Assembly (NCBI RefSeq): GCF_009914755.1
Contig: NC_060944.1
Strand: one strand, 5' to 3'
Length of the DNA stretch: 64,000 nt
Source of the DNA: the human T2T-CHM13v2.0 reference genome, Homo sapiens
Below are positions 13,370 to 25,192 of the stretch, piece by piece. A model generated the notes under the pieces. That model saw only the letters and a list, made by a program, of their open reading frames with translations, did not search any database and was not told the origin of the DNA. A program made the translations under genes and the position numbers. Positions within the stretch are counted from its first letter, which is position 1, and every line of letters begins with the position of its first letter.

Positions 13370-13820
13370 CTTTTCATAATTAATTAAAATTGTACAATTC
13401 AGCCTTGATAATGAAAGCTGCACAAATCATACATGCATAGTTTAACGAAAAGTCATAAAATGAACCCATGAATCCACACTTTGAGCAAAATACTGAAAAT
13501 AGCCCCCTCCTCAGAAGCTCCTACTGTGTGTCCCATTCTTGAACATAACCCATTGGTTCCTTCTGTCCTGGCTTTTATGACTAGTTCCTTGCATTTCCTT
13601 ATTGTTTGTCTCCCAACTATGCATTTCTGACCATCTTAGTTTAGTCTTGCTTGTTTTTGAGCTTGTATATCATACTGAATGGTCTTTTGCATCTTGCTTC
13701 TTTTTCTCAGCATTATGTTTGTGAGATTCGTCTTTGTTCTTGCATGTGTTCCTTTTCACTGCTGCATAGTACTCCATTGCATGAATATACCGTGACTTAG
13801 AAATCCATTCATCCATTCTC
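13370..13820 (-). mobile_element. Old L1M(E) 3' fragment
   Basis: tctcagcattatgtttgtgagattc...tgctgcatagtactccattg. Confidence 0.75.
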
Positions 13821-15839
13821 CTTTTTCTTCTTCTTTCCCCTTTTCTCCCACTTTTCCTTCCCTTCCACCTTCTTCTCTTCTTCTTCCTACTTCTCTTCCT
13901 GTTCCACCTCCTGGTTGCCTGCCCCCTGTTGTTCTATTGTTTTGTCTGCTACATCTGGGAGCTATGCACACATTCACACAGATACACACACACACACACA
14001 CACACATTGATCCCAGCTCCTCCATCCTACTGAACTACTGGGGGCCCAGATGCCCCCTCTGGGTCTCTCTCTCTCTCTCTCCCTACCCAGATTTTGGGTA
14101 TGTGGCTCCAGCCAGAGGGAGGCTCTCTGTGGACCTGAGTCTATTAAAGTTTATCTGTTTTAGAGGATTCCTGGGGCAGAGACTGGGGGAATGGTACAGC
14201 AGGGTCCTTTGTCCTCACACATCCTGTCTCTACTGTAGCAGCCTTGGGGAGAAGGCCTCTCTTCCCACTCTCACCTACTCTGGGCTGGGGTGGGAACTGA
14301 GGTGGCCCCAGGTGGCCTTATGGCTGTCCGTAGGATGCACAGCTGTGCAGGGAGAGAGGACTGGAACCTGGGTCATTCAGGGGCCAAGCCTCAGCCTCAG
14401 CTCTGCTCATTGAAGGTCTTGTGGAGCACCCGTCCTGTGCCTAGCATTGTGTCTCACCAAGGCAGAGAAAGACCTGCAGGCTGGTGTGTGTCTGGGGCCT
14501 CCTAGGAGCCATTACAGAGCAGGTTTGGAGACCCCAGGAGCATGTGTGACACATTTCATTCCAGTCTCCCTTAGCCCCTTCTCTGTCTTGGAGCTGCTTT
14601 GATGATGCACATATTCGGGATAGTTAATTTTTATTGTAACCTGAGCAGATGACATTAAAGAATCTGTCCCTTTGTGGTACAGGAGAAAGCTCTCTAGGCT
14701 GGACGGCAAGTGGAGTAGGTTGGAGCTTGGCTTTGATCCCATAACACTGGGTGACCTTGGGCAAGTCCCTGCCCTGGACTTCTATACAATGGAAGGTCAA
14801 ACTGCAGTTCTCAGGGCTCATCAGAGGACAGGGTCATGCCGGTGTATAGCAAGGTGAGGCTTGTTCAAAATCTCATTGCCAGGCCTCTGGAGCCCCAGAT
14901 TCAGTAAGGATGATAATAGTACTAACAGGAAGGTCTATAGGGTGCTTTTTTTTTTTTTGCCTTTTTCCACATGTTCTAATAGGGTGCTTTCTATGTGCCA
15001 GAGACTGTGCCTTTGATGAGCAAAAAGAAGAGGCTGTACTTTTTGACCACTCTGCTAAGCACACTCCATAGGTTATCTTGCTTCATCTGTGCCACATCTG
15101 TTTTATTATAATTGTTATATTACAGATAAAGAAACTGGAGCACCGAGAGGTGAAGTCACTTGTCCAAGATTACAGCCAGGAAGTGGGAGAAGCCAGGACT
15201 TGAACTAGGAAAGTCTGGTGCCAGAGCCTGTCCTCAGTCTGGGATAGCTTCTAGCAGATTCTGATGTTGGCCTGAGAGCCTCTGGAGCAGGTGGTCCACA
15301 AGTTGTGGAACAGAGATCAAGCATGGTACACTAACTGTGTGCCCAGCCCCGAGCCAACTGCTACATGTTTTCACAGTGATTCAACAAGGTATGTGTGAAG
15401 GGCTCATTCCCACACACAACCAGTGTGAGCTCTTATTGCTCTTATTTTAGGCAATTGTCACACCATCCTCCTGAGATGGGCTTTAGTCTCTCCAGTTACC
15501 AATGAACAAAGAAAAGTGTCAAGAAGAGAGGTGGCTTGCTGAGAACCACATGGCTAGGGGCCAACTCCAAAGCAGTGAGCTTCCGCCCCAGCATACTCTG
15601 CTTCCATTCCCTGACTCAGCTCTGCAGCTGAATGGCGTCTCCCAACTCTCCCAACCTCAGTCTTTCCATCTGTGAAATGGAGGAGTTGGACTATTGGGCT
15701 GGGAGCCCCTGACACCATGTGTGACCTTGCATGATTTTCTTCCCTTCCTGCACCTCAGTCTTTCCATCTGTAAAAGAAGTTGCCAGTATCCTACTCCAAT
15801 GCTACTTATAAACGCTGCTTTAAAACAAAACTCCTGGTG

Positions 15840-16090
15840 AGGGAAGGCCCTAAGTCCAGCTCCCTGGAAACAGGCCTTGAGCCAGAGCTTTGCCTGCGGG
15901 AGGTTCACTGGGGGAGAGTTCTCAGGAACACCGTGGCAGGGGTGAGGGAAGCAGGGCCACGTGGAGGGAGAAGTTGAACTGTGAAGCTCTCTCAGCAGGG
16001 GCCTCAGCTGCTCCCACAGGGAACTCTGGAGCTGGGATGCTCCAAATCGAGCAAGGGGCCAGGCCTTTGAATCCATGTATCTACCAGATA
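15840..16090. mobile_element. ERVL LTR16A-like relic
   Basis: gagggagaagttgaactgtga...ggcctcagctgctcccacagggaactctggagctgggatg. Confidence 0.7.
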
Positions 16091-19000
16091 TTGGACATGG
16101 GTTTCTGTCCCCTCACCCGCCTAAAGGCATGACGTGGGGTGAGGCAGCTGACTTTGGCTGAGGGCTGTCAGCAGCTACAGGGTCAAAACCGTCCTGGGTG
16201 GTATGATCCATCACATAAAACCTGCTAAAAACTCGGGCCAACCTCAGCCCTGGAGACAATAGCAGGCAAGACGTGGCCTGAGCCTGGGCTTATCCAGCTG
16301 GGCCTGGCCCCGCTCCGAGGGTCTGTCGCTTGCTGTGATCACAGCAGGATCAGTGCCCCAGATCTTGCTTAAAGCCTGGCGGCCACCGCCTGCCTCGCAG
16401 CTCATCTCCCGCAGCTCCCCGAGGTCCCAGCGATTATGCCACTGAAAATTCCACTTTCATCTTGTCAACCTCGCAGTAAATTACAGGCCTGGGGAGGCGT
16501 GGGCCTCCTCCTTAAACAAGATTCAATTCCACTTAGCTGCCCCCATTCCCACCCCACACACGGGTTCCCTCCCTCCCACCACCCCGGGCTCGGGATTTAT
16601 GGCCTCTCTTTGCAGGCAGCTGGTAACCATGGCAAGCTCCTTAGGGAGGCTTCAGGCTGGAGCCTCCTTAGCCCCAGACTCCAGCACGGCCAGCCGCTTT
16701 CTCCTAGGATGGGAGAGGGGAGAGGCCAGAGATGGCAGGAATGGGCTTCAGGGGCCAAGGCCGAGAGGTCATAGTAACCCCAGCAATCATGAGAACTTCA
16801 ACACTACCACATCTGACCCTCACAATAACCATCATTTCCCCCATTATATAGATGGGCAAACTGGGGCCAGGGAGCATGAGGTCACTGCCAAGGTCACAAC
16901 CAAGGAAGCAGTTGACTCTGGGGCTGAGGTGTTTAAGCACTCTGGCATACTCCTTCTTTCCCCAGCTGCTGCTTTTGGATGTTCAAATCTCTCTTAGATC
17001 TCAGCCCCCGCTTACATTCCCCTAGTGATGGGGAAATCACTCCTCTCTGGCAGGCCTGTTATCTCTCTAACGATTAGACATAGTTGCCAAATAATTGATC
17101 AGGCCCTGTGACCCCTCAGAAGGGTTATTTTGACGCTGACTGCCCTCTGTGATCTGGCTGCTAACTCTCTTCTGCAAACTGATCTTTCATGGTTTGCCAC
17201 CACAGCAGGCTGCCTGGGGTCTCCTTGCTGCTCAGTGTCCCGCTCTGCCCCAGGTCTTTCTTATTCATTCCCATCCTGCTCCAGTTACCAGCCCTGTCTC
17301 CATTCCTATCACAGAATATCAAAGCTGGAAATCCATGACTCCTCATTTTCCTGATGGAGAGAGGCCCAGAGAGGGGATGCACTTCTCTAGTGCACAGGGT
17401 GAGCTGACAGTGTGGGTCCCAAATCTTCCGCCAATAAAATAATAAATAGTACTGAGCATAGCTAACTTTTGTCAAGTGCTTGATAACCACCATTCTAAGC
17501 ATTCACGAATGTAATCCATTTACTTCTCACATAACCCTATGAGGCAGATCCTATTTCTATTGCCATGTTGCCATGGAGACAAAGTGCAGAGAAGTGACTT
17601 GTCCAAGATCACACAGGCAGTCTGACGTCAGAGCCATGCTCCGAACCAGGGGCTCCCCACACCGTGCACCCTCTCTCCATTCCACGTGGCCCGTTGTGGG
17701 TGGTTGAGCAGACAGGGGATGCCAAGAGGAGCCAGCCTGCCAGGGACAAGTAAGGGCACCTGCTCTGCCAGGGAAACTGGCCTGTTGCTTTCATTCTTGG
17801 GCTGGGGGCCTGAGGTCAGCATTCTCCCTGCCCCAAGCCTACCCCCTGCGGATTTCCCCATCCACCTCCTCAGGGACTTCCAGCCTTGTGACTTCTTCCT
17901 ACTGGACTGCAACCCTGGACCTCTGGAGGCAGGGGCTGAGGTCTGATTCATCTCCATACCCCAGAGCCTCACCCAGGAACCAGTATGTAGTAGGTGCTCA
18001 AAAAAGACTTGTTTTTATCCAAGGGAGTCAGGTAGGCTTGCTGCAGCAGGAGACATTTGAACTGATCCTTGAAGGATAAGTAGGGGTTCGCCATATAGAG
18101 CAAAGGGGAAAGGAATTCCAGGCAGAGGGAAGAAGCTGAGCAAAGTCTTGGAGGAAGGGCTATTCAGAGAGCCTAGGGGAAGAAAGTAGAAAGGGAAGGC
18201 ATAGCCAGCCCGAGCACCTTGCTACAGGGCTGGGTCTTAACTTGGAGATAGGAGCACTCATTCTGACCTGATGGTGCTGGGAACAGATGGGGAAGGAGAG
18301 AGGGAGAGAATATTTCTCACAGGTCCTACATCCCCAGGTAGGGCCTGCTGGGGCTGCAGGCTGCAGTGCAGTTTGGCCAAATCACTCACCCCAGACTGTG
18401 AGCAGGGCCCCATCTGGGGTGACAGATAGGCAGCACTGAGCCAGGCCTGAGGGGGCTTTTACTTTATCCCCTCTCCTGACAAGCGATAGAGCTGGCAGAT
18501 AAGGCATCTTCTTCCTTAATCTCTGGTCTCGGGCTGGAACAAGAAAGGGGGGCGAGACTGGCACCTTGTTCAAGCCTGAATCCTCTTCTTCCTGAGTTTA
18601 AAGCTATGGATTCTAGTCATGGATTCTTCATGGGAATCTTTTCTCCAGGAGGCACTGCAGGTGTTGAAGGAAATGGAGTTCCCATACAGGGTTATACTCC
18701 AGGGGCTCTGTGCAGGGGTGGTGAGACCCTAAGTCTGTGTTCATCTTTACCCCATGGATGGAACAGTCTGGAACTCCAAGGAGAAGTCCAGGCTGGGAGA
18801 TATAAATCTGCAATTCATCATGTAGATGATATTTAATGCTGATGATATTTAAGGCAGGAGCTGGGTTGACTTGGCAGTGGAACCTGGGCTGGACTTCCAG
18901 CTTTGTTGCTACCAAATGTGTGACCTCAGGCAGGCCACCTCATCTCTCTGAGCCTCAGTGCCCTGTTCTGTGAAACAGGGAACAGGAATCCCAGGTTCGT

Positions 19001-19279
19001 TGTGAAGCTTGAATAGTTGATGAATATAAAAGTAATCCTCTGGAAAGAGTCAAGTGCTGTAACCAAGTGAGGTTTGATTATTATTCCCCACAGGCAAGAG
19101 TGGAGCAGTCATGAGAGTGGAAGATAATGAATAGCAGCTGCTGTTTGTGGAGGCTGTACCACCTGCTGGGACCACCCTGGGCTGAGCCCATTGTAAACAT
19201 CCATTTATCAAAGCCCCATCACAGCCCTCCAAGGTAGGCACTGTTATTATCCCATTTTACAGATGAGGAAACACATCCA

Positions 19280-20230
19280 TGTCCATCCTCTATTCTTCCT
19301 CTTTGCAACAGAGGAAATGGCCCTCCTCTTTTCTGAGCCTATGCACACCTTCCTGGAATCTGAGAAAGCTTATACTATGGATTCTCCCTTCTCCTGCCTT
19401 ATTACCTTCAGCCCTCTCTAAGAGGTTTGTAGGCATCAGCATTTAAACGTGCTCAAGTAGATTCCATCTTTAAGAAACAAAACCAAGCACATACCTCCCT
19501 ATACTCCCCAACCCCTTCCCTTAATAGCAAAACCTCTCAGAAAACTGCCTGATCATACTCACTATCTCCTTTACTCACCTCCTACTCTTCTCAGCCCACT
19601 GCCATCTGGCTTCTACTCCCAACATGCACCGAGATGGCTTACTAAGGTCACCTTGACTGCCATGTTGCTAAATCAAATGGATGTTCTCCAGTCTCTATTT
19701 TACTTGGCTCTCAGCAGCATTTAGAATATAAAACTAAAGAACTGTGTTCCCTACTACCTCTCTAATAATGCCTTCTGTAAATCCTTTGCAGGTGTGTCCT
19801 TCTCTAACCCACCTGCAGACTCCTCACTCTTTCCCTGGGCAATCTCATCCATGCTGATGGTTTCCATTACCATCAATACTATAATGACTCCCAAGCTTAG
19901 TATCCTCAGTCCTAACCTCTCCTCTGAAGCCCAAGGATAAACATAGAGCTGCTCTCTCATGCCTCCACTTAGATGCCTCCAAAAAACTTCAAACTCAACA
20001 TATTCCTCTTCCCTAAAACTGACTCTTCTCTGGGGTTTTCCATCTTCGTGAATGACACCCTCATCTGTCAAGTGTTCCAGGCCAGAAGGCTGGAAGTCAT
20101 GCTTGGCATCTCTCATCCCTGCACCCCCAATGGGCAATCTATTAAGTCTGGTCCACTTTACCTTGTAAATAACTCTCTAAATTGACCACTTCACATCATT
20201 TCCATCTCCATTCTAATTCCGTCCAGAAGT
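19280..20230 (+). mobile_element. L2 internal fragment
   Basis: ccactgccatctggcttctactccc...ctaaggtcacc...cttcaaactcaacat. Confidence 0.75.
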
Positions 20231-20770
20231 TTAAGATGACTCTTAGGTTTTTGGTTTAACACTGGATGGTGGTGTGATACTTACTACGATGGAGCAAATT
20301 TGGGGAGGAAGAGTTGGGGAGGCAGCAAGAGTTCCTTTTTGGATGTGTTATGTTTGAGATGTTCCTGAGACGTGCATGTTGAGATGTGTCACAGACAGTG
20401 GATGAAACAGTCTGGAACTCCAAGGAGAAATCCAGGCTGGAGATATAAATCTGTAATTCATCAGCAAGTAGATGATATTTAATGCTGAGGAAATGAATGA
20501 GATCACCTGGAGAGAGATAGAGAACAGGTCCAGAAGTGAGCCCTGGGGCACACCACCATCAGAGATGAAATAGGGGAGGAGAAGGAAGCACGATGACTGA
20601 GAAGAAGCTGCCAGTGAGGTTGGAGGCCATCCAAGAGACTGTCATGGAAACCAAGAGCAGAACTAGAGGTCAGCATGAGGAAAGCTGTTGAGAAGCAAAG
20701 TAAACTGAGGACACAGAAATGCCTCCACTAGCAGAGATTGTTAGTATCCTTGCTAAGAGTGTTGATGTCT
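20230..20770 (-). mobile_element. L2 internal fragment, inverted relative to its neighbour
   Basis: ggctggagatataaat...gagatcacctggagag. Confidence 0.75.
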
Positions 20771-20854
20771 GTCTTCCCTGCTGGGCTGTAAGTCCCATGA
20801 AACAAGGGATGTCATTTGTTTGCTCACATTGTACTGCCAGTGCTTAGCTCATTA

Positions 20855-21485
20855 TGCATTGTTTTCTGGTGTGTCTGGTTATCTTTGACTGCATGTTGGC
20901 CATTGTACTTGAATTTTATTTTAAGGAATAATTTAAAGCCCAGGATAAAGGTATTTTTTTCTAGTGAGCATCTGCATATGGCTGTGGGTGTTACCATTCT
21001 GTGATTAAATAAAATTAAAGGTTTGAGGTTCCCTGGCATACCCAAGTTGTGTGGATGAGGCTTCCAATCCATGATTTAAGGCTGGGTCATCTCTGGTTCA
21101 CCCTTACCCCAAGGGTGAATCCTTTGGAGTTCCAGTTTATTTTGGTGAGAATCTCTCACCTGATTTTCCACCTTGTTCAGGCCATGAACTTGGATTTCAA
21201 TTCCCCTTATGCCGTGAGATCATCAGAAAGCAAATTCAGATTTTCAAGGATCAGCAAATGCCCTCTGGACAAAAGTAGTTTCTATGCTCTCTAAGTTCTC
21301 TGGGCTTCTGTTTTTCCTTCAGTTTTGACCTAATAATTCCTGGTAATTCCTTACAAAGAGCTTACTTGTCAGCTCTGTGATGCTTTAATAAGATACCTTT
21401 TATATTTTATTTAGCATTCTTAGCCCTTTTTAGCTGAAGGGTTGGCCCCAAAAACCTAGTCTCCTGTTTCTAAACACAGAAATGG
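20855..21485 (-). mobile_element. Old L1M 5'-end-like (or HAL1) fragment interrupting an L2 3' end
   Basis: T-rich segment resembling L1ME 5' ends; L2 tail sequence resumes at ~21490. Confidence 0.5.
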
Positions 21486-22527
21486 CTAATCCCTAGGACT
21501 TTAGCACAGTGCATGGCACATCGTTATGGCTCAATAAATATTTGTTGATTAAATGAATGAAGGAAACCCAGGTGTCCAATGTCCCTACTCTTTCTGATGC
21601 ATCAAACATCACACTCACAGGCCAAGATGCTAACAGAGCGCTGTGCTCAGAGCTCGGTGAGCTGTCCGGAGAGGCAGGGCTGTGAGCTCAGAGGAGGGAA
21701 AGACCCATGTAGAATGGGGAGCGACAATGGCAGGGGGTATCAGATAGGTGAGTGCAAGGATGGAACTGCATCTTGGCAGATGAGCCACCGGGTTGTGAAA
21801 GGACTCACAGGAAGTGGACATTGTAGTAAAGGCCTGAACTCAAGGCTGGAATGTGTGAGGAATCCAAGAGCTAGGAGTGGGCAGAGAAGCAGGGACCAGC
21901 CAGGGAAAGGGGCCAAGGAAGGCCCCAGGGCCCAGTGTGAATGCAGAAGCCAAGTTGGGCTGGGACAGTTCCCTGCAGCCACTGGGAGGAGGGAAGAGCA
22001 GGGAGAGAGGAGGCAACAGCTTTTGTTGAAATGCACACATGGTAATTGCTACAGAAGAGTATTTCCCTTAGTTTAAAACGCTTTCTCCTCTGCATTTTCC
22101 TTGGTCCTAGTTTCAAAGGAATTTTAATTGCAAAGAAAATTTTGTCATCTCCCTTGGGGGAGAGGACTCTGCAGCTTCGAACAGTCATGCCTGATGCTGA
22201 TTCTTCTTTAAACTGGGAATTTTCATGCTTTGGCTGCGTGGAAGCTTTCTGGGGATTGGGCAGCATGGAGGGAGGGGTAGGGATATGACAGGGCTCTCTG
22301 CTCCTTTCTGGGGCTGGGAAGGCTGGGTTTGCAGCCAGGGTTTCCCTGGCCTAGGTCCTCAACAAGGGTCTTTGGTGCCAACCTGGACACCACGTGCCCA
22401 AGTTATGGATGATGGTTCTAATGCCTTTCTCCTTAAACTCAGTGGATTTATTTAATTAATGATATTAATGAAACAATTGGGCCCTTAGCTTCCATCCTTG
22501 TTCCACTGTAGATTATTCTCCACATGG

Positions 22528-23141
22528 CAGTCATTTGGAAAACAGTTTGGTAGTTTCTTTAAAAGTTAAATGTAAATGTACTATACGATCCAGCAGTTTC
22601 ATTCCTAGGTGTCTACACAAGAGAAATGAAAACATATGTCCACATAAAAGCTCATACGAAAATGTTCATAGCAGCATGATTCAACATAGCCAAAAAGCAG
22701 AAACAACCCCAAAGCCTCTCAACCAGTGAATGGATAAGCAAATGTGGTATATCCAAACAGAGGAGTACTATTAAGCAATAAAAAGGAATGAGCTGCTGAT
22801 ACCTGCTATAACATGGCTATACCTCAAAAACATTACGCGCAATGAAATGAGCCAGATGCAAAAAAAAAAAAAACCAAAAATCATATATTGTATGCCTTTG
22901 CTTATAGGAAATGTCCCGAATAGGCAACTCTATAGAGACAGAAAGCGAAAGAAATGGTTGCCTGGTGCTGGCAGTAGGGATGGAGATTGACTGCAGATGG
23001 GCACGGAGGCTCTTTCTGGGGTGAAAGGAATGTTCTGCAACTGCGTGGTGGTTGCACAACTCTGTAATTTACGAAAACTCATTGAATTGTGTGCTTACAA
23101 TGGGTGAATTTTAGAGCATGTAAATTATACCTCAATAAAGC
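22528..23141 (+). mobile_element. L1M (L1MB-like) 3' fragment inserted in an L2
   Basis: ttggaaaacagtttgg...gaaatgaaaacatatgtccac...aattatacctcaataaagc. Confidence 0.88.
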
Positions 23142-23149
23142 TTTTGGAA

Positions 23150-23695
23150 AAAGTGGCCCCCATTTCTCTCAGTACAAAAGCCAGTGTTTCTATAAGGCTC
23201 TACATGATCCGCCCCTGTGGCCCCTCTCACCCTGTCCGCTCCCCCTCTCCCTGTTCCTCTGCTCCAGCCCTGCTGGCCTGCTGAGTTTTCCTTTCTTGGC
23301 AGGCATTCTCCCACCTGATTGCCTTTGCAGTAGCTGTTCGCCAAGTCTGGATGCTCCTTTCCCCATATCTGTGGGCCTCCCTCCCTTGCCATCTGACTAT
23401 CTTTGTTCAATGAAAAGCAACCCGACCACTCCACCTAAAATCACAGCCCCTCTCCAAGGCTCTGCCAACTCCCCTTTCTCTATTCTTTACTTTCCATAGC
23501 TCTTATCACCTTCTAACATATTATGCGATTTACTTATTTATGATGCTTATTTTTTGCCACCCTCTCTCCTCCATAGCACGTACACTTCAAGGGGATAGGA
23601 ATCTTTGTTGGTTCAATTCACTGATGTATCCTTAGGGCATAGAATAGTACCTGGCATGGAAAGGTGCTCAACAAATATTTGTTGAGTGGTTGAAT
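23150..23695 (+). mobile_element. L2 3' end
   Basis: Ends cctggcatggaaaggtgctcaacaaatatttgttgag. Confidence 0.8.
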
Positions 23696-23704
23696 TAATA
23701 AGTG

Positions 23705-24500
23705 ATTCAACAAACGTTGTCTGAACACCCTCTCTGTGCCAGGAGCTGAGCCTTCAGAAGCGCATTGAATGAGCAAATCTCTCACCCTTAGATGTCTTGC
23801 ATTTTAGTGGTAGAGACCATAGGTGAAAAAAAAAAATTAAGCCAGTAATAGAGGGAAACCCTCTTAGCCCCATCAGTAAGAAATCACGAGTGAAAGAAAC
23901 TTTACAAAAGGCTGCTATGGGAGCAGGATGAGGGAGGGTCTTCCTGGAGAGTGATCTACTAGATAAGTAGAAATTGGCCAGGTGGGGGTGGGAAGAAGAG
24001 GGGTTCAGGCCCAGGGAACAGCACATATGATGGCCCAGAGGTCAGGGAGAAAGTGTGTCATCCTGTTTGGGGAATTTATTCCAGCTGAAATATGAACTGT
24101 GATGGGGGCAGAGGAGAGATGCTGGTGAGGTGGTTGCTGGTGCCAGGCTGCAGAGGACTTTGGGCACATCCAAATATGTAGCAGTGAGCTCAGTGGGGCA
24201 CCCACCAATCAGAGAAGATGCTGGCCACACCCAGCTGGAACTCTCTGACTGAATCTCTGCAGAGCCTGAAGCCAAAGGAGAGACCCTGGACTTTAGACAT
24301 GTTGGTGATCCCTGAAGCGTTTAAACAAGGGAGTGACAGTGATTAGATTCACCTTTTAAAGGATCACTTCGGCTGTCAAGAGCAGAACAGACTGGAGGGG
24401 CCGGAGTTGCTTCAGGGAGGCTGGATAGGAGACTGTTTAGCTAGTCCGGCTGGGAGAATTGACAGTCGTGGGCGATTGATTGGATGTAGGTGGTCAGCAA
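23705..24500 (-). mobile_element. L2 3' region, tail-to-tail with the previous L2
   Basis: attcaacaaacgttgtctgaacaccctctctgtgccagg terminus. Confidence 0.7.
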
Positions 24501-25040
24501 AGAGAGGGATAAGGAAGGATCATGGACACTAATAACCATGGCCAGCATTTAGTAAGCAGATATTTGTGCCAGGAAGGGCTACCCGAGCACCTTCCAGGTT
24601 CTATCTCCTTTAATCCACACATCAGCAACTATACTGGGAGGAAGGAACTGCTGGCATCCCCATCTTACAGATGAGGCTCCACAAACATAAGTGGTGTATC
24701 CAGCATGCAAGTACAGTCTAATGACGACGTTGGACTTTCAGGGGTGACTCACAGGTTGCTGGCTGGGGTTAGCAGTGGAGCTATCTGGGGAGATGGGTGT
24801 GGGCAGGGCCAGAGAAAGTGAGACAGTTTTCTGTTTTCCAGGGAAGATGCCAGATCCACAAAGAGTGTGAGCTTCTCCACCTAAGTGGAGATGTCAAATG
24901 GATGGTTTATTTTGCGGGTCTGGAATCCAAAGAAGAAATCAAAGCTGGCAAGAAGTGAATCAGGTCTTATCACCACAAAGACCCCACAGGGTGGCTGAGA
25001 TGGCTGGCTCAAGGCAGTGTGAAGAGTAGGAAAAGGCCCA

Positions 25041-25192
25041 GGCCGGGTGCAGTGGCCTATGCCTGTAATCCCAGAACTTTTGGAGGCTGAGGGGAGAGGA
25101 TTGCTTGAGCCCAGGAGTTTGAGACCAGCCTAGGCGACATAGCGAGACCCTGTCTCTAGTGAGACTCCACCTCTAAAGAAAAAAAAAAAAAA
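25041..25192 (+). mobile_element. Alu monomer (FLAM_C-like)
   Basis: Left monomer plus A tail; TSD aggaaaaggccca / aggaaaggccca. Confidence 0.88.
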
